A DNA stretch of 63,625 nt, filler included, from Nemertoderma westbladi (Eukaryota > Animalia > Xenacoelomorpha), in assembly GCA_032718475.1 (NCBI GenBank). It is 3 parts of 3 records of this genome, joined end to end, with 100 filler letters (N's around TTAATTAATTAA, not from the genome) between each part and the next. Parts side by side here need not be neighbours in the genome. Positions count along the whole stretch, not along the records: positions 1 to 22,333 come from JAUCBJ010001609.1; 2 more parts are not named here. One strand, written 5' to 3'. A program made the position numbers and the translations under genes. The stretch's first letter is position 1, and each line of letters begins with the position of its first letter. Under the pieces are notes generated by a model that was given only the letters and a program-made list of their open reading frames with translations, did not search any database and had not been told where the DNA came from. Of this stretch, positions 1 to 12,249 are shown piece after piece.

Positions 1-2195
1 CTTCTTCCATGGCAAGTTTACTGAGTATCGCCCATTTTCAAACATGATTTCCTTACAAAAATTATTATGAACATGATCAGGAGTTGAAACTCCAGCTGAT
101 TCCAATTCCCAAAATGTCTTGAGAATCTTTGTTAATTCTCTTGTACAATCACAGGTATCATTGCTAGCAACTAAGGCTGTATTTTCTGTCGACATATTTT
201 CGGATTCTTCTATTGGTCCTGTTAACAACCAACCAAAGACAGATTTTGTAGCAACAGGCTGATCACTTAGATGCCCCTTGCGGACATTTCCAGCATCAAC
301 AAGATTGTTGTACAAATCTGCCCCAATAAGAACACCAATCTCTTTATGCGAACTGCGAAAGTCATCTGCAAGGTTTAGGTTGCGAAGATGACTGTATTGT
401 TGTGTTTGGCACTCCTGCGGACCAAATGAAAGGCAAATAAATGGAACAGCTGTGGCCTCTACCACAATATTTGCTGTCCCTTTTATTAAATTGAACTTAA
501 CTAAATTGCATTCAATTCTTTTCGGCATCCTTGACAAAAATGAACTAACGTGAATGAAACCCTTTCCAACTACTTCAAGATCAAGTTCGTTGCAGACTTT
601 ATCTGTAATATAACTTCGATGTGACCCTTTATCAAATAGAACACGAACATGAAGCTCCCTTTTATTCTTGGGATTGTAACATTTAAGTGTTGCTGTTTCC
701 AATAAAATTGAAACAGTTGTTTGAGTGGCGTGCTCTTGTTCATTGAACATATGTGATTGTCGAGTTATCGACGTTTGTGTTGTCTCACAAACTACCATAT
801 TGACAACACTTTGACTAGGGTAGGCAATTGCCCTTGAATTTATTTGTGAGACTTGTGATTGTGGTTGAGCACTTAATGATGCCGAATTGTGATTCAACTG
901 CATTGCTGTGTCCGACATTCCAGTTGTCGAACTCGAATTGCTATGGACAATGGCAGCATTACTGACTGACTTGCCATTGTTTGCCGTGTAACAAATGCTT
1001 GAATGATGCCCTTTGCGTTTGCAACTGAAACACTGTTTATCTGCCTTGGGACAATTTGGTTTGAAATGGTTTTTGGATAAACAAATGAAACAACATTTTT
1101 CACTAGTGAGTTTTTCTCGCCTAGATTTGACATCTCTTATTGAATTGCATGATGAAGAATAATGATTGCCATTGCAAAATATGAACTTATTTTGGGCTTT
1201 ATAGCAACAAGTGCAGCAGTTGTTGGAACCCTTGAAATTATCGTAAGTAGTGTTGCTTGCCAGTTTGTGTTGAGCATGAGTCTTCAATTCTAACTCACAC
1301 AGTGTCCTAGTTTGTAATTCTGTCTGCATGTACTCTAGAAGCCGCTCAATGCCGATTGTATTGAAGTTTGGTTTCTTTCGCATTATCAACCTGAATTCTA
1401 TTGGAAGTTTACTCATTACAACAGGTTTGAGCAAGACTTCATAGCTAGTTGGGTTCACATTAAGTGATTCCAATTGTCTAATGGTGGACTTATATTTGTC
1501 ATGCAGTAATTGTACTTCTTTCATGTTCATAGTGGAGACTGGCTGATAAGTTAAAAATATTTCCATGAGTTTGTAAGAAATTGCTTCTGCATTACCAAAA
1601 CGTGATTCTAAAATGTCCCATACATGCGAATAATTTGCTGCGTTCAAAGGAATCCCAGCAATAGACTCTTTGGCTGCGCCATGAAGTTGTCCTAACAAAA
1701 TTACAAATTTATCAACGCTGGAAATTTTGGGATTATTGTGAACGGAACTCTGAAATGTATCACGAAATTCTATCCATTGCAATAGATCACCTGAGAATTT
1801 TGGTAATGTGCCGGTTGATAGTGTTGTGTGTGCCCGGAATTGTGATGAATCTAATGGGTTATAATGACTACTATCAAGAGATTGTGATGATATATTTACT
1901 GCCGTTGTAGATTTAATGGACTCAAGAAATTTTTCTATCTTTTTTATTGCGTGACTTCCCTCATATTGACGGCTTTCACATTCTATAACATCCTTTTCAA
2001 TAGTATCTGGTGAAATATAACTTTGATAATCCTCATCCTTTTCCTTTAACCATTTAAAACATCAAAAATGTTATCACGCAACACTTCTAGTTCTATAGGA
2101 TCCTTCTCAGTCACTAACAATAGTGTATTAGTTTGTGAAATTAATCTAGTTAAATATCCCCGTTTCCCTGCACGTTGTGACTTTAATTGCTCCAT
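1..2195 (-). pseudogene. BEL/Pao gag-protease polyprotein with one frameshift near 2060
   Basis: ATG at 2195 (MEQLKSQRAGKRGYLTR) is out of frame with the long frame from ~2058 to 1. Spot checks at 1803, 1083, 633 and 120 all fall in that same frame. It is probably missing from the ORF track because it runs off the window edge. Confidence 0.85.
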
Positions 2196-2586
2196 ACAGT
2201 ATTTATATTTTGTTGATCCAATAATTTGATTTTGAGAAAATTTGATTTTAGGCTACGAATTTAAATCCCTATACAAATATTGTAACTATAAATTGTGCAA
2301 TTAATCAATACTGTCAAAATATTAAACACGATATCAAATAAATACAGTATTTATATAAGATACAAGAAAATGATCAGTTAAATCTTGTTACAATAATAGT
2401 TACTTTGGTTCGATCTTACCGCAATGTCCGAGGTAATTTGAGTTCAACTAACGGCGATAACAATACAGCGGCTGCTTCTTGAGTGAATTGATCAAAGCGA
2501 GTTATTGTGTAAATGTTCACAACTTGAAGAAATCAACAGCGAAACATTGTTGTCTCGTTGAATGAAATACCGTAGGATAGTCTGTT

Positions 2587-2603
2587 TCTCTCTGGGGGCT
2601 CCA
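2587..2603 (-). promoter_or_regulatory. Primer-binding site of the BEL element (TGGAGCCCCCAGAGAGA), possibly tRNA-Thr(UGU)-like
   Basis: Begins with TGG, 2 nt after the LTR end CA. The tRNA identity is from memory of tRNA 3' ends and is unverified. Confidence 0.7.
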
Positions 2604-2679
2604 CTTGTTGGGGTTCCCGAAGGATTGATAAAGAGTTTTTAGTATAAGATGTCGAATATAATAACAATATTATAAATAA

Positions 2680-3641
2680 TTTTTATTGATTCCATCGGAT
2701 TCAGGATCCTCATAAACCCGTATAACGCAAGAAACAAGGTGATACTATCTACTTATTAATTTGCATATTTTCCAAAATTTGGTGCTGGCACAACAATTTT
2801 CACCCACCGGCGAAAAATACAAGTTTGAGAACTCTTATGAAATTTTTACTGATTCCATTGAATTCAGAACCATCACAAACCCGTATAACGCAAGAAACAA
2901 GGTGACACAATCAATTGATATATTTGATGGTTTTCAAAATGTGGTGCTAGCACCACATTTTGCACCCACATCCGAAAAATACAAGTTTGAGATGTCTAGT
3001 TCGATAATTGTATTTTCCATTGAATTCAGAACAGCCATAAACCTCTAAAACGCAAGAAATAAATTGTCACAAGCAATTTTATCTATTGAACAGATTTTCA
3101 AAATTTCGTGCTAGCACCAAAATTTGCACACAGCACCAAAAAATACAAGTTTGATACGCTTGGTGCAACTCGTATATATTTCATCGAATCCAGAAACCCA
3201 AAAAACCCCAATTGCGTAAAAAACAAGTTTCAAACGATCAATTTACAAAATTGACTTATTTCAAAATTTGGTGCTGGCACCAAAACTTGGCACCCACCGA
3301 AAAAAACAAGTTTGAAATTTCTAAATCAATTTATATGAATTCCATCAAATTTCTAACACCAAAAAACCGGTGTAAATCAAAAATAGAGATGTTACAATTA
3401 ATATTTAATGAAATGTAATTTTCAAAAAACGTCTCAAAAAAAGTGCCAAAAGTAGGGTTAAAAAATGGTGCTATAACTCGAAAAGTACCCAATATTTTTG
3501 AAAACGGTTTTCACTACTAGGAAGACAATAGATTTTTAGGAAAAGTCATAAAATTTCAGATTCCCAACTGCGTTAGTTTCAGAATTATAATAAAAAAACC
3601 ACGGGAGGGGTCATATTGACCCCCCCCCGGGTTTAATAGGG
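2680..3641. mobile_element. piggyBac-like non-autonomous element (one end), internal ~163-bp subrepeats
   Basis: Ends GTTTAATAGGG followed by TTAA (3642-3645). Inverted copies start at 7888 and 12839. Palindromic GTGCTAGCAC-type cores at ~2780, 2943, 3106, 3269. Confidence 0.75.
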
Positions 3642-3645
3642 TTAA

Positions 3646-4670
3646 CTTATATGATCAACGTGGAATAATTGTGCCAGTGGGAGATACACCCACTCCATGG
3701 TGTCATCCTTTAGTAGTCGTCCATAAACCATCAGGCGATGTGCGATTATGTGTTGTCTTAAAAATCGTTAAATGAAAAAATAGATCGCACTATACATAAA
3801 GTCCCTAATCCTACTGAAGCTGTGGAGACGCAAATTTTTTCGAAACTGGATTTAGTAAAGGGAAATTGGCCAATGGAATTAGAGGATGAAAGCTCATGGT
3901 ATACAGTATTTATTACACATAAAGGTAAATTTCGTTTTTTTGAGAGCTCCTTTTGGTTTCACAAGTACAGGAGATGCTTTTTCATTTCGGGGTGATATAG
4001 CCCTTCTAGGAATTGAAGATTGTACAAAGGTGATAGATAATATTGCAGTTGGGAAAGTGGCAATCAAGGAATTAGTTTTAACTGTACGGAAATTCTAGAA
4101 CGGTGTATCTTACTTAATAATTGCTGAATCGATCAACTACGTTGGTTATTTTATACAAGCTGGGTCAGTTGCAGTTGATGAAAGAAAATTATTGGCTATT
4201 CAATAATTTCCGAGTCCATCTAATCGATCAGACCTCCGATGATTTATGGGTCTAGCAAACCAATTATTATCCTTCGTTCCTAATTTGGCATTTTCCCTTC
4301 ATGAGTTTAGAGATATACTTCGAACAATTCGAACTAAAAACCAATTCAAATGGTTGCCCGAACATGAAATTGCTTTTAAGGAAATTAAGGAATTGTTGAC
4401 ATTACCACCAGTAGCACTAGTAACAGGAATGTTTGGATTCGAGTTGCCACTCATAGACTCATATTATATACAGATGCAAAACTGGTCGTGGATATGTTCT
4501 ATTACAAACTAACAAAAACTTAGATATTAACTCTGCTGTTATGATTCAATGCGGTAGTCGTTTCCTTTCAACTGCGGAAAAAAACTATGCAACTGTTGAA
4601 CTCGAAACCTTAGTAATTTATTGGGCTTTAAAAAAAAGCTCGGGTTTAACTTGAAGGTTGCCCTACACCT
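3646..4670 (+). pseudogene. Ty3/Gypsy reverse transcriptase-RNase H remnant
   Basis: Frameshifted PWCHPLVVVHKPSGDVRLCV, FSKLDLVKG, FLRAPFG, KVIDNI, FMGLANQL, FKWLPEHEIAFKEIK, CGSRFLSTAEKNYATVELE. Confidence 0.88.
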
Positions 4671-5924
4671 TAATAAATAATATATAATAATGTTCTCGAA
4701 CACTACCAATAACAAAAATAAAAAAAAATACAGTATTTTTAAAATTTCAAAAAATTCTAGCAAGTAAATAACACTATAACACTAATAACACTAACACCCA
4801 TAACAAATATCTCTACTAATGTTCTAGAACATTCACCAATATCAAAAAAGCACTAAAAAGTTGCTATCAGGTACCGGACAATTCGGTCCCGGACAATTAG
4901 GTCCCGGACAATTCGGTCCCAGACTGTGATGGGACCTTGGAGTTGGCAGTATAGATCCCAACTGGTGTGTTATACGCGTCGCCGCGTCCGTAGGCTGCTG
5001 ACGCTGAGGCTGTTGTCTGGATATATATATAGTAGGCCGAAAGCCGTGTATCCAATAGATGCGCTCTGATCACTCCCAATGTGCTTTCCCACCTACCATT
5101 GACTTAACCTGATTAATTGTCACCTCGCCACTCCCTGTTGCCACTGTCCCTACGTGCTAGCCTCACTAGCTTGTTTGCCCCTCTGAGGTGGTTTGACCTC
5201 TCAACTCTCCCTGTGGCTTGCAGCGTGTATCGTCTTAGTTGGTTGTGAGGTGACATTATTATTGCTAATGTCACCTCGCCCACTATAATTGGTAAAATGC
5301 CACTAATCCCATTTTCGGTGGGTAATGCATGGAATTGAATCCGCTTACACCCCCCCCCCCCCCCATGCTATCTTCCCGGTGAGAAGATAGCATCAACCTT
5401 AAGTGCGCTTCAATTCCGCTGGAATCCAATGTAATATTGCATCTGGGGTGGAATTCTTTTCTCGGGGTCGGCTTTCCAGCCCGGCCCCCATGGGTCTGTT
5501 ATCACTACCCATCCTTGGTACATCTGCGAGCTATGCTGTACCAAGGCATCTGGCGTATCTGTTTTAGATGATCGCCCTCACTCCTCACACAATTTTTCTT
5601 CACGGACTTTGTTGTCCCTTCCTCTCTCACTAGTCCCTTGGGACTCATCCCCCTCTATGCTTGCTCCCCACACTTGAATCTCGCACCTGTTTCACTTCCT
5701 CACACCCTAACGCCTCCTCCCCATACTCCTCCCATACTTCCCCAATACTCAACCCCATTTGCTCTCACTCTCTGTACGCTCCTGTCGGGCTCCCACATTC
5801 TCATTAGTGTGGCCACACTTGAGAAATGGGATTCGTATAATGTCTCGTCCTCTTGTTCTAGTCAATTAGTCCCCAGTCCCAGTAGCTAATTGGAAAAAGG
5901 TTGTACTTGACTATAGTACGTATA

Positions 5925-6420
5925 TTATATATTATGTATATGTGATATGACTTGTCTCTCCCTGTCTCGCCCCCCACTTGAGTGAATCCGCAAGTCCCGC
6001 ACCCTATTCCTCTCGGAACTTGTTCCACTCCATCGGTTATCCACCAATCCTAATCCATCAGGTTTCCTCATAGCCATGTAGACTACCTGCCTTTCCAGAA
6101 GATTCGGGGTGCCTGGTCCAATAATCATCTCAGCGTTGCCACGTATCGCCGATCCAATCTCCATCGTAGTCTTTGACCTTACCAGCTTCTGCATCGCATC
6201 CGGTAGGCGGTTCAACTTTGGCCCAGTCTTCTTACCATGGGTCGCTAGGTCAAACAGAAAAATATCTCCGTTCACCGCCGCTGAATGCAGCAATATAGTT
6301 CTACTCGACCCTCTTGACCCCTTTCTTGTCCCACCATCATCTTCTTCCGTCTCCACGTCATCCGGGACCATATATCCGCACCTCCCCACTGAATACGATA
6401 AACCCCTTCACAGTTTCTCC
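5925..6420 (-). pseudogene. Possible DEDDy/WRN-type 3'-5' exonuclease-like accessory ORF of the LTR element (degenerate)
   Basis: GFIVFSGE (other frame), then ILLHSAAVNGDIFLFDL and LPDAMQKLVRSKTTMEIGSAIRGNAEMI, resembling the WRN-exonuclease LIQL..CYLFH and P..LK.LLE...K.GVGI.GD blocks. Judged by eye. Confidence 0.45.
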
Positions 6421-6657
6421 GCCATCACGATTCTCCTCTCTCAACAGACTGGTATGGTGGTGCCTTAGAAAGGCTCAGTAGGGCAAGAGATAACTAAGTG
6501 CGGTCTTAATCAGTTTAAATCAGTGATGGCCTACCTCCTTTCTTGTTCAGACTATGTTTCATACGAGTGTTCTCCTCTATGTGCCAATTTTTCTTAATTT
6601 TATTACTATTTATATTCCCCCCTACATGTGCTATTATACTATCTGCCATCTGATACC

Positions 6658-6803
6658 TCCCCTCAATTCCTCACGTGACGCCCTCAGTGCCCACAAGTTT
6701 ACGGTACTGTGTACCCTTCAACTACGGTATGCGTACATACCCCCGCTCAATTCCTCACGTGGCGCCCTCAGTGCCCACAAGTTTACGGTACTGTGTACCC
6801 CTC
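6658..6803. repeat. Tandem duplication, ~60-bp core at ~85-bp period
   Basis: CTCAATTCCTCACGTG(A/G)CGCCCTCAGTGCCCACAAGTTTACGGTACTGTGTACCC occurs twice. Confidence 0.9.
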
Positions 6804-7887
6804 AAACAAACTAAATTACCTCTACACTACTGAGTGGCCTGAGTATCCAATAGATGCGGTCTAATCACTCCCAATGTGCTTTCCCACCCACCATTGCCTT
6901 AACCTGATTAATTGTCACCTCGCCACTCCCTGTTGCCACTGTCCCTACGTGCTAGCCTCACTAGCTTGTTTGCACCTCTGAGGTGGTTTGACCTCTCAAC
7001 TCTCCCTGTGGCTTGCGGCGTGTATCGCCTTAGTTGGTTGTGAGGTGACATTATTATTGCTACTGTCACCTCGCCTACTATAATTGGTAAAATGCCACTA
7101 ATCCCATTTTCGGTGGGTAATGCATGGAATTGAATCCGCTTACACGGTCAATTCGGTCCCGGACAATTCGGTCCCGGACAATTCGGTCCCATTTATTTAG
7201 TGTTTTGGGACCGAATTTTCCGGGACCGAATTGTCCGGGACCGAATTGTCCGGACCGAATTGTCCGGGACCGAATTGTCCGGGACCGAATTGTCCTACAT
7301 CCAATGTTTGCAATTAGTTAATTAAAACAATGTTCTTATTGGTTTGTTGGTTTTATTTTGTTTTAATCGTTTTAGTTACTACGGTGACATTTTGTGAAAC
7401 GAGCACTAGAGTTAGAGTATGCCTCATACAGTCAGAAGAAGCAAAGCCCCTGAGAATTATTTTTCCTAAAATTTTAGAGATTCAAAAAAAATTGCCTGTC
7501 TTTACAATTTATTTTAATTCATGAGGGGACACGAATTAATAAAATTTTCCCTCTAAATTTGTTTTTATTATTTATTTGAGTTGTTTATTAATTCCAGAAT
7601 GTCTGGGGACGTGACATAATGATTCTAGAAAACTGGCCTTTTAATTATATCGTTGGGCGCTCCGATATCTTAATAGACTAAATTTTCAGCTTGTTAAAAT
7701 ATTTTAACAGATTTACTGTTATACGGACATCTCCTGCTATACGTAATAATTTAGGCCTAGGGTATGAGAGCAGTATCGCACGAAGCAATGTCAGTGAGAA
7801 GAGGCGAGTCGTTTCTAAGGTCTACCCAGAGCTTGGTTTAGCAGAGACACGAGGATCTGAAGTTTGCATTCCTATTAATCTACGTAA

Positions 7888-8920
7888 CCCTATTAAACAT
7901 GGGAAGGGGTCTATATGACCTCCCCCCTGGATTTTGGTGCCAGAACCAAATTTTGAAATATGTCAATTTTGTAAATTGATTGTTTGAACCTGTTTTTTGC
8001 GCAATAATAGGGGTTATTTTGGGTTTTGATTTCGATGGAATATATACGAGATGCACCAGGCGTATTAAACTTGTATTTTCCGGTGCTGTGTGCAAAATTT
8101 GGTGCCAGCCGAAATTTTTAAAATCTATTCAATAGTTCAAATGCTTGTGACAACTTATTTCCCGCGTTTTAGAGGTTTATGCGGTTCTAAATTCAATGGA
8201 ATAAATAATTATCTAACTAGACATCTTAAGCTTCTATTTTTTGAAGTGGTTGCAAAGTTTGGTGCTAGCACCAAATTTTGGTCAATTTGGAGCACCAAAC
8301 ATCAAATATATCAATTGATTGTATCATCTTATTTCTTGCGTTATACGGGCTTATGAGGGTTCTGAATCAGATGGAATCAATAAAAACCGCACTAGACATC
8401 TCAAACTTGTATTTTTTTGTGACGGGTACAAAATTTGGTGCTTGCACCAAAATTTGCCATATTACAGCAGAAAAATACGACTGGCAATGATCTAGCAAAT
8501 TAGAAATGTATTCCATTAGAATCAGCGCCCAAGAAAACCTGAAAATATGAATTTATAGCATCGTTTAAGTGAATTCAAAATTTTGTGTTCAAACTGAAAA
8601 GTGCTGGTTACTTGTTTTTTTTTTCATTTTTTGTCTACGTAGATGTCTAAAACAGCCATTTATAGTAAAAATATAATTTTTAAATATTTTCCAATGGATC
8701 TAGCGCCTTAGAAAAATTGAATTGAAAAACAGTTAGCCGAAAATTTAAACTTTCAAATTTTATGAAAATTGTTCACTACTTGTAATTTTGGTGCTGCAAA
8801 ATAACAAAATTTTCGAAATTTTTTTTGCGGTCGGATTCAGACGAGTGAAATATACGTAAACATTAGACGTTTTCGTTAAAATTTGTAGATTTTAGAGGTG
8901 TGGGGGGGGGGGGGGATCAA
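7888..8920. mobile_element. piggyBac-like non-autonomous element, second copy (internally deleted, far end truncated)
   Basis: GTAA|CCCTATTAAAC terminus; reverse-complement similarity to 2680-3641 and direct similarity to 12839-14240. Confidence 0.75.
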
Positions 8921-8921
8921 T

Positions 8922-9660
8922 ACGAACAATATACATATCATAGTCTACAGAAACATCAAGTCTTTCATTAACAATATGAACCTTACATACCTGGCTGGCC
9001 GCGTAAACTCACGTTTACCGTTCGGCGCCCATCTACACAACGCCGTTACCGTAACATTTTTTGTTCACAAAATGAATTTCCTATTCGTTCTTGCTGTGAC
9101 AGATCGATTCGATAAGATTCGCACTACTGTAACGCAAGACAACTAACTCATTTGGTTTTCTAAAATCGACAATAACTTATGATGATTATGGTCAACAGTA
9201 TCGAATGCGACACATAAATCTAATGTTATTAATAAGACTGCCGATCCATCATCGATGGATCGATATTAAGAATCTCTACATTCAGCAACCTTTCTTTGAG
9301 TAGTGGATTAAGAATGTTGTTTTTGAAAAGTGAAGGTTCTGTTGCCATTGTGAAAGACAAATATATTATTATCACAAAGATTGGTAACAAAACTCCCATG
9401 CCGCATCTAAGCATCGATGATAGCAAAGGTTCATTGCAGCTAGTTTTAAGTTTCGAATCATTCAATAATTCATACAGATGAATTGATTCATTGAACTTTT
9501 CAACTGAATATACCAGATGTAGATCACAATCGTTAACAGTCAAATCTGAATTAGTTTCTAGAACTTCACGAATTCCTGATACTTTACCATCAAAGAAATA
9601 AGCAAAGGAATCAGCCAACTCCATTTCGGATTAAGTATCAAACTGCGGTAACTTTTTATA
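8922..9660 (-). pseudogene. L2/CR1-clade LINE reverse transcriptase fragment
   Basis: ELADSFAYFFDGKVSGIR, IIYLSFTMATEPSLFK, LDLC(V)AFDTVDH (LDLSAAFDTVDH-like). The paralog at ~18005-18990 keeps an extra NNFRPVFNFVFLSKIKEK segment. Confidence 0.8.
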
Positions 9661-10759
9661 GGTGACAGGAAAATAAATATGGGGGGCCATTGTATCGGTA
9701 AGTGCGGAGATGTGCTGTGGAACGATCTATGGATGTTTGTATGTATGTGAACTATGAATGTAACCGATATGGAACACTCCACACCCCCCCCCCCCCCCCC
9801 CCCCTCTCCCCCAACCATCCCACGCACAGATAACCGTACATTGTTGCATCATAGCTGGAATCTTTATCATTGCGTTTAAGGCTATTATATTTAGTTAATA
9901 CGGATATGTGTAATGTAAAAAATAATTACAATACATTCCTATCATTCTTTTTAAATACTGTACAGTACACAGCTGCTTTTTTATTTTGTTCGTATAACTG
10001 CAGTAAGGAAATACTGTAGTTTGACTTAATTGTAATACAATCTATGCCACCACAGCTACATACTGTACATTACAACAAACTGACTTGTGTAAGGAATACA
10101 CTGCCACATTGCATTCGGGCGAGGCATTCTATTGGACCAACAACAGGATGTTTAGTTTCAGAGATATTAAAATCAAATACATTTAGTTACAATGATGGAT
10201 TCTGTGGAAGTAATAATTCATTTTTGGATGCAAGAAGGAATGAACCCTTCCCTACATACAGTAGATACTTTAAAGCTAACCCAGAAACTCATGAGATTGA
10301 GCTAGAATAGCGAATTCAAGGTAAATCGTTTTAGCAACTAATTTAAGATTGAAGGTGGGACATTGAATTCCTGGAATTTGTTTTGTCACAGATTAGCATT
10401 ACCTTCTCTTGCAGTGATTTTTTCCATTTCGCACTTTAGCAAGTTGGTGATAAGGCGGCACCATTATTGTTATATTATTTGTAAACAACAACACAAATAA
10501 AGAATTTATCGCAATAAACTTTATACCGAATTTTGTAGATCATGAAATATTCAGATTCATATTTATTTTCCTAATTAACTCAAGTCAAATTAACTAACCA
10601 ACAGACGAAAAATGTACAGTACAAGATGAAGAAGATTCAAGATACAAGCACATTTATATAGTGTACAACTTAGGATAACAAAATAAAATGTTAAAAATTT
10701 CTGGCACCCAGTCATCAACTCTGCACATTCAGCGCCGCCTTCCTCGAAGCCAATAGCAA

Positions 10760-11162
10760 GAACCCGTAATGAACTTTGTGTTTTACTCGATAGATTTGGA
10801 GAACATACCCGTAAATGTAACCATGATGGTTGCATCCTCCGTCACCTTGAACCGAATGCACCCGCACCATGTTTTCATCCTCGGGAAACTCTCAGACTGG
10901 CCGCTAGATGTATCCAAGTTCGGCCATGATCAAACGAAATAACAATGACGGTCAGTGACCGTCATTCTGGTCGCAACTTAGTAGTCGACTGTGGTGCAGA
11001 TTACTCAGTCTACCCTGCCTCTGCCCACGACAACTGTTCAACTCTTGTACTGAGTCTTCCATAACCGCCAATGACACCATCATCCACACTTGGGGTACAC
11101 GAAACATCCCTCCTCTCCTAGGTCGTCGATCATCCACCCACGAGTTTCGTCTCGCTGATGAT
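10760..11162 (+). pseudogene. Ty3/Gypsy gag C-terminus/aspartic protease fragment (duplicated at ~20095-20495)
   Basis: RFGEHTRKCNHDGC (Gypsy gag knuckle-like), then VSDRHSGRNLVVDCGADYSVYPAS, TANDTIIHTWGTR, HEFRLAD. Confidence 0.75.
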
Positions 11163-12249
11163 GGCGGTTCTCAAAATTGTTATTTCCAAAAATTTTTCAA
11201 AACTGTACATTCTATACAATGCCAATGGAAAGCCAGACTTGGACAATGTTAGGCAGTGCCTTAGCCATTACTGCCTAACACTGTAGCACTGTAGGCCTAC
11301 CGAATAGGATGGAACCATACCATTGATGGTATGGTACGGTAATTGATAGCGATCAAAGCAATTAATATACAGTGAAACGATGTGTTTGCTGCACAGAGAA
11401 TATTGTAACTCGCTCAATAAATTGGTCGGTAATTGATGTAATTTTCACAGTATAAACCCATTATTTCCCCCGCAAATCCAATTATTTCTAATGTACAACA
11501 CACAGCATGTAGGCTACAGTATGTTGCGCGCTGCTTTGTCGTTGCTTGTACAATTAACAATGTGAAATAATCCGGTATGTGCTATGGTGTCAAGATAAGA
11601 TAAAATATTATGCAGAAAATTTAATTATTCCTTAAAATCTAAGCTCCTCTCTCTTGGCTGTTACCTTATAAGGCAGGATTGAGACCGCCACAGTTATCCC
11701 AATGGTGAACACACCATAACTATCCTAACCTTTCTTCACATATCCCCAGCAGAAACCAGGAACCCATTGTACAACTGGGTTAGCGTGAACACCAATATCA
11801 GAAGAGTCTTGTTTATGGAAACAGCATTGCGAAATTTCTGCAGACTTTAGTCGAATTTTAACCTCTGCGTGCCGCCAAACGCTATTGCTAAAGAAGTTCA
11901 GTCGCTGTATCCACCCGGACGCAATGACAGTTTTATTTTTACGAGATCTTATTTGGTATACCCCTATGAATATTAGCCCGAATAAATAAACAGATCCAGA
12001 TAAATTTTCAAAAATGTACAGCCTCATTTATCAAGATTTGTATCGGTTAATACCTATTTAAAAATGCGAAAAATAAAGTTGAATTTTTGTTATAATTAGT
12101 CAGTTATGGTTAAGCCTATTTAGTTTAAGGTCTATTTAGTTTTTGGGATGGCTTAATTACAGGGGCCCTCCCAAGCACTGCAAAATCTCCTGAACCAGTT
12201 ACCAACGGGAAATTTGAAAGAAAAACATGTCACTTTTCTATAGCCGCAA

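Larger units (their letters stand above)
1..2686 (-). mobile_element. BEL/Pao LTR retrotransposon, 5' part (partial 5' LTR, PBS, gag-protease); continues beyond window start
   Basis: Minus-strand translation gives DUF1759-like LPKFSGDLLQWIEFRDTF, CCHC knuckles (CFICLSKNHFKPNC, CFSCKRKGHHSSIC), protease VLFDKGSHRSY, ILIGAD-like VLIGADLY, FGWLLTG, FWELES and GRYSVNLPWK. LTR 3' end ...CCCCAACA at 2606 is followed by AG and a PBS. Confidence 0.92.
4925..7144 (-). mobile_element. Internally deleted LTR retroelement (complete LTR 4925-5349; partial LTR 6843-7144)
   Basis: TG...CA termini. 5048-5349 is nearly identical to 6843-7144. Poly-C 5350-5364 is a minus-strand polypurine tract. Degenerate 5-bp TSD CAGAC/CGGTC derived from the host unit CGGAC. 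Confidence 0.85.
4869..7302. mobile_element. Non-autonomous DNA element with inverted arrays of 15-bp GGACAATTCGGTCCC (MULE/Rehavkus-like), interrupted by an LTR element
   Basis: Direct units at 4876-4920 and 7150-7190, inverted units at 7208-7295, end ...TCCTACATCC. Same architecture as 15183-16395. No clean TSD seen. Confidence 0.6.
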
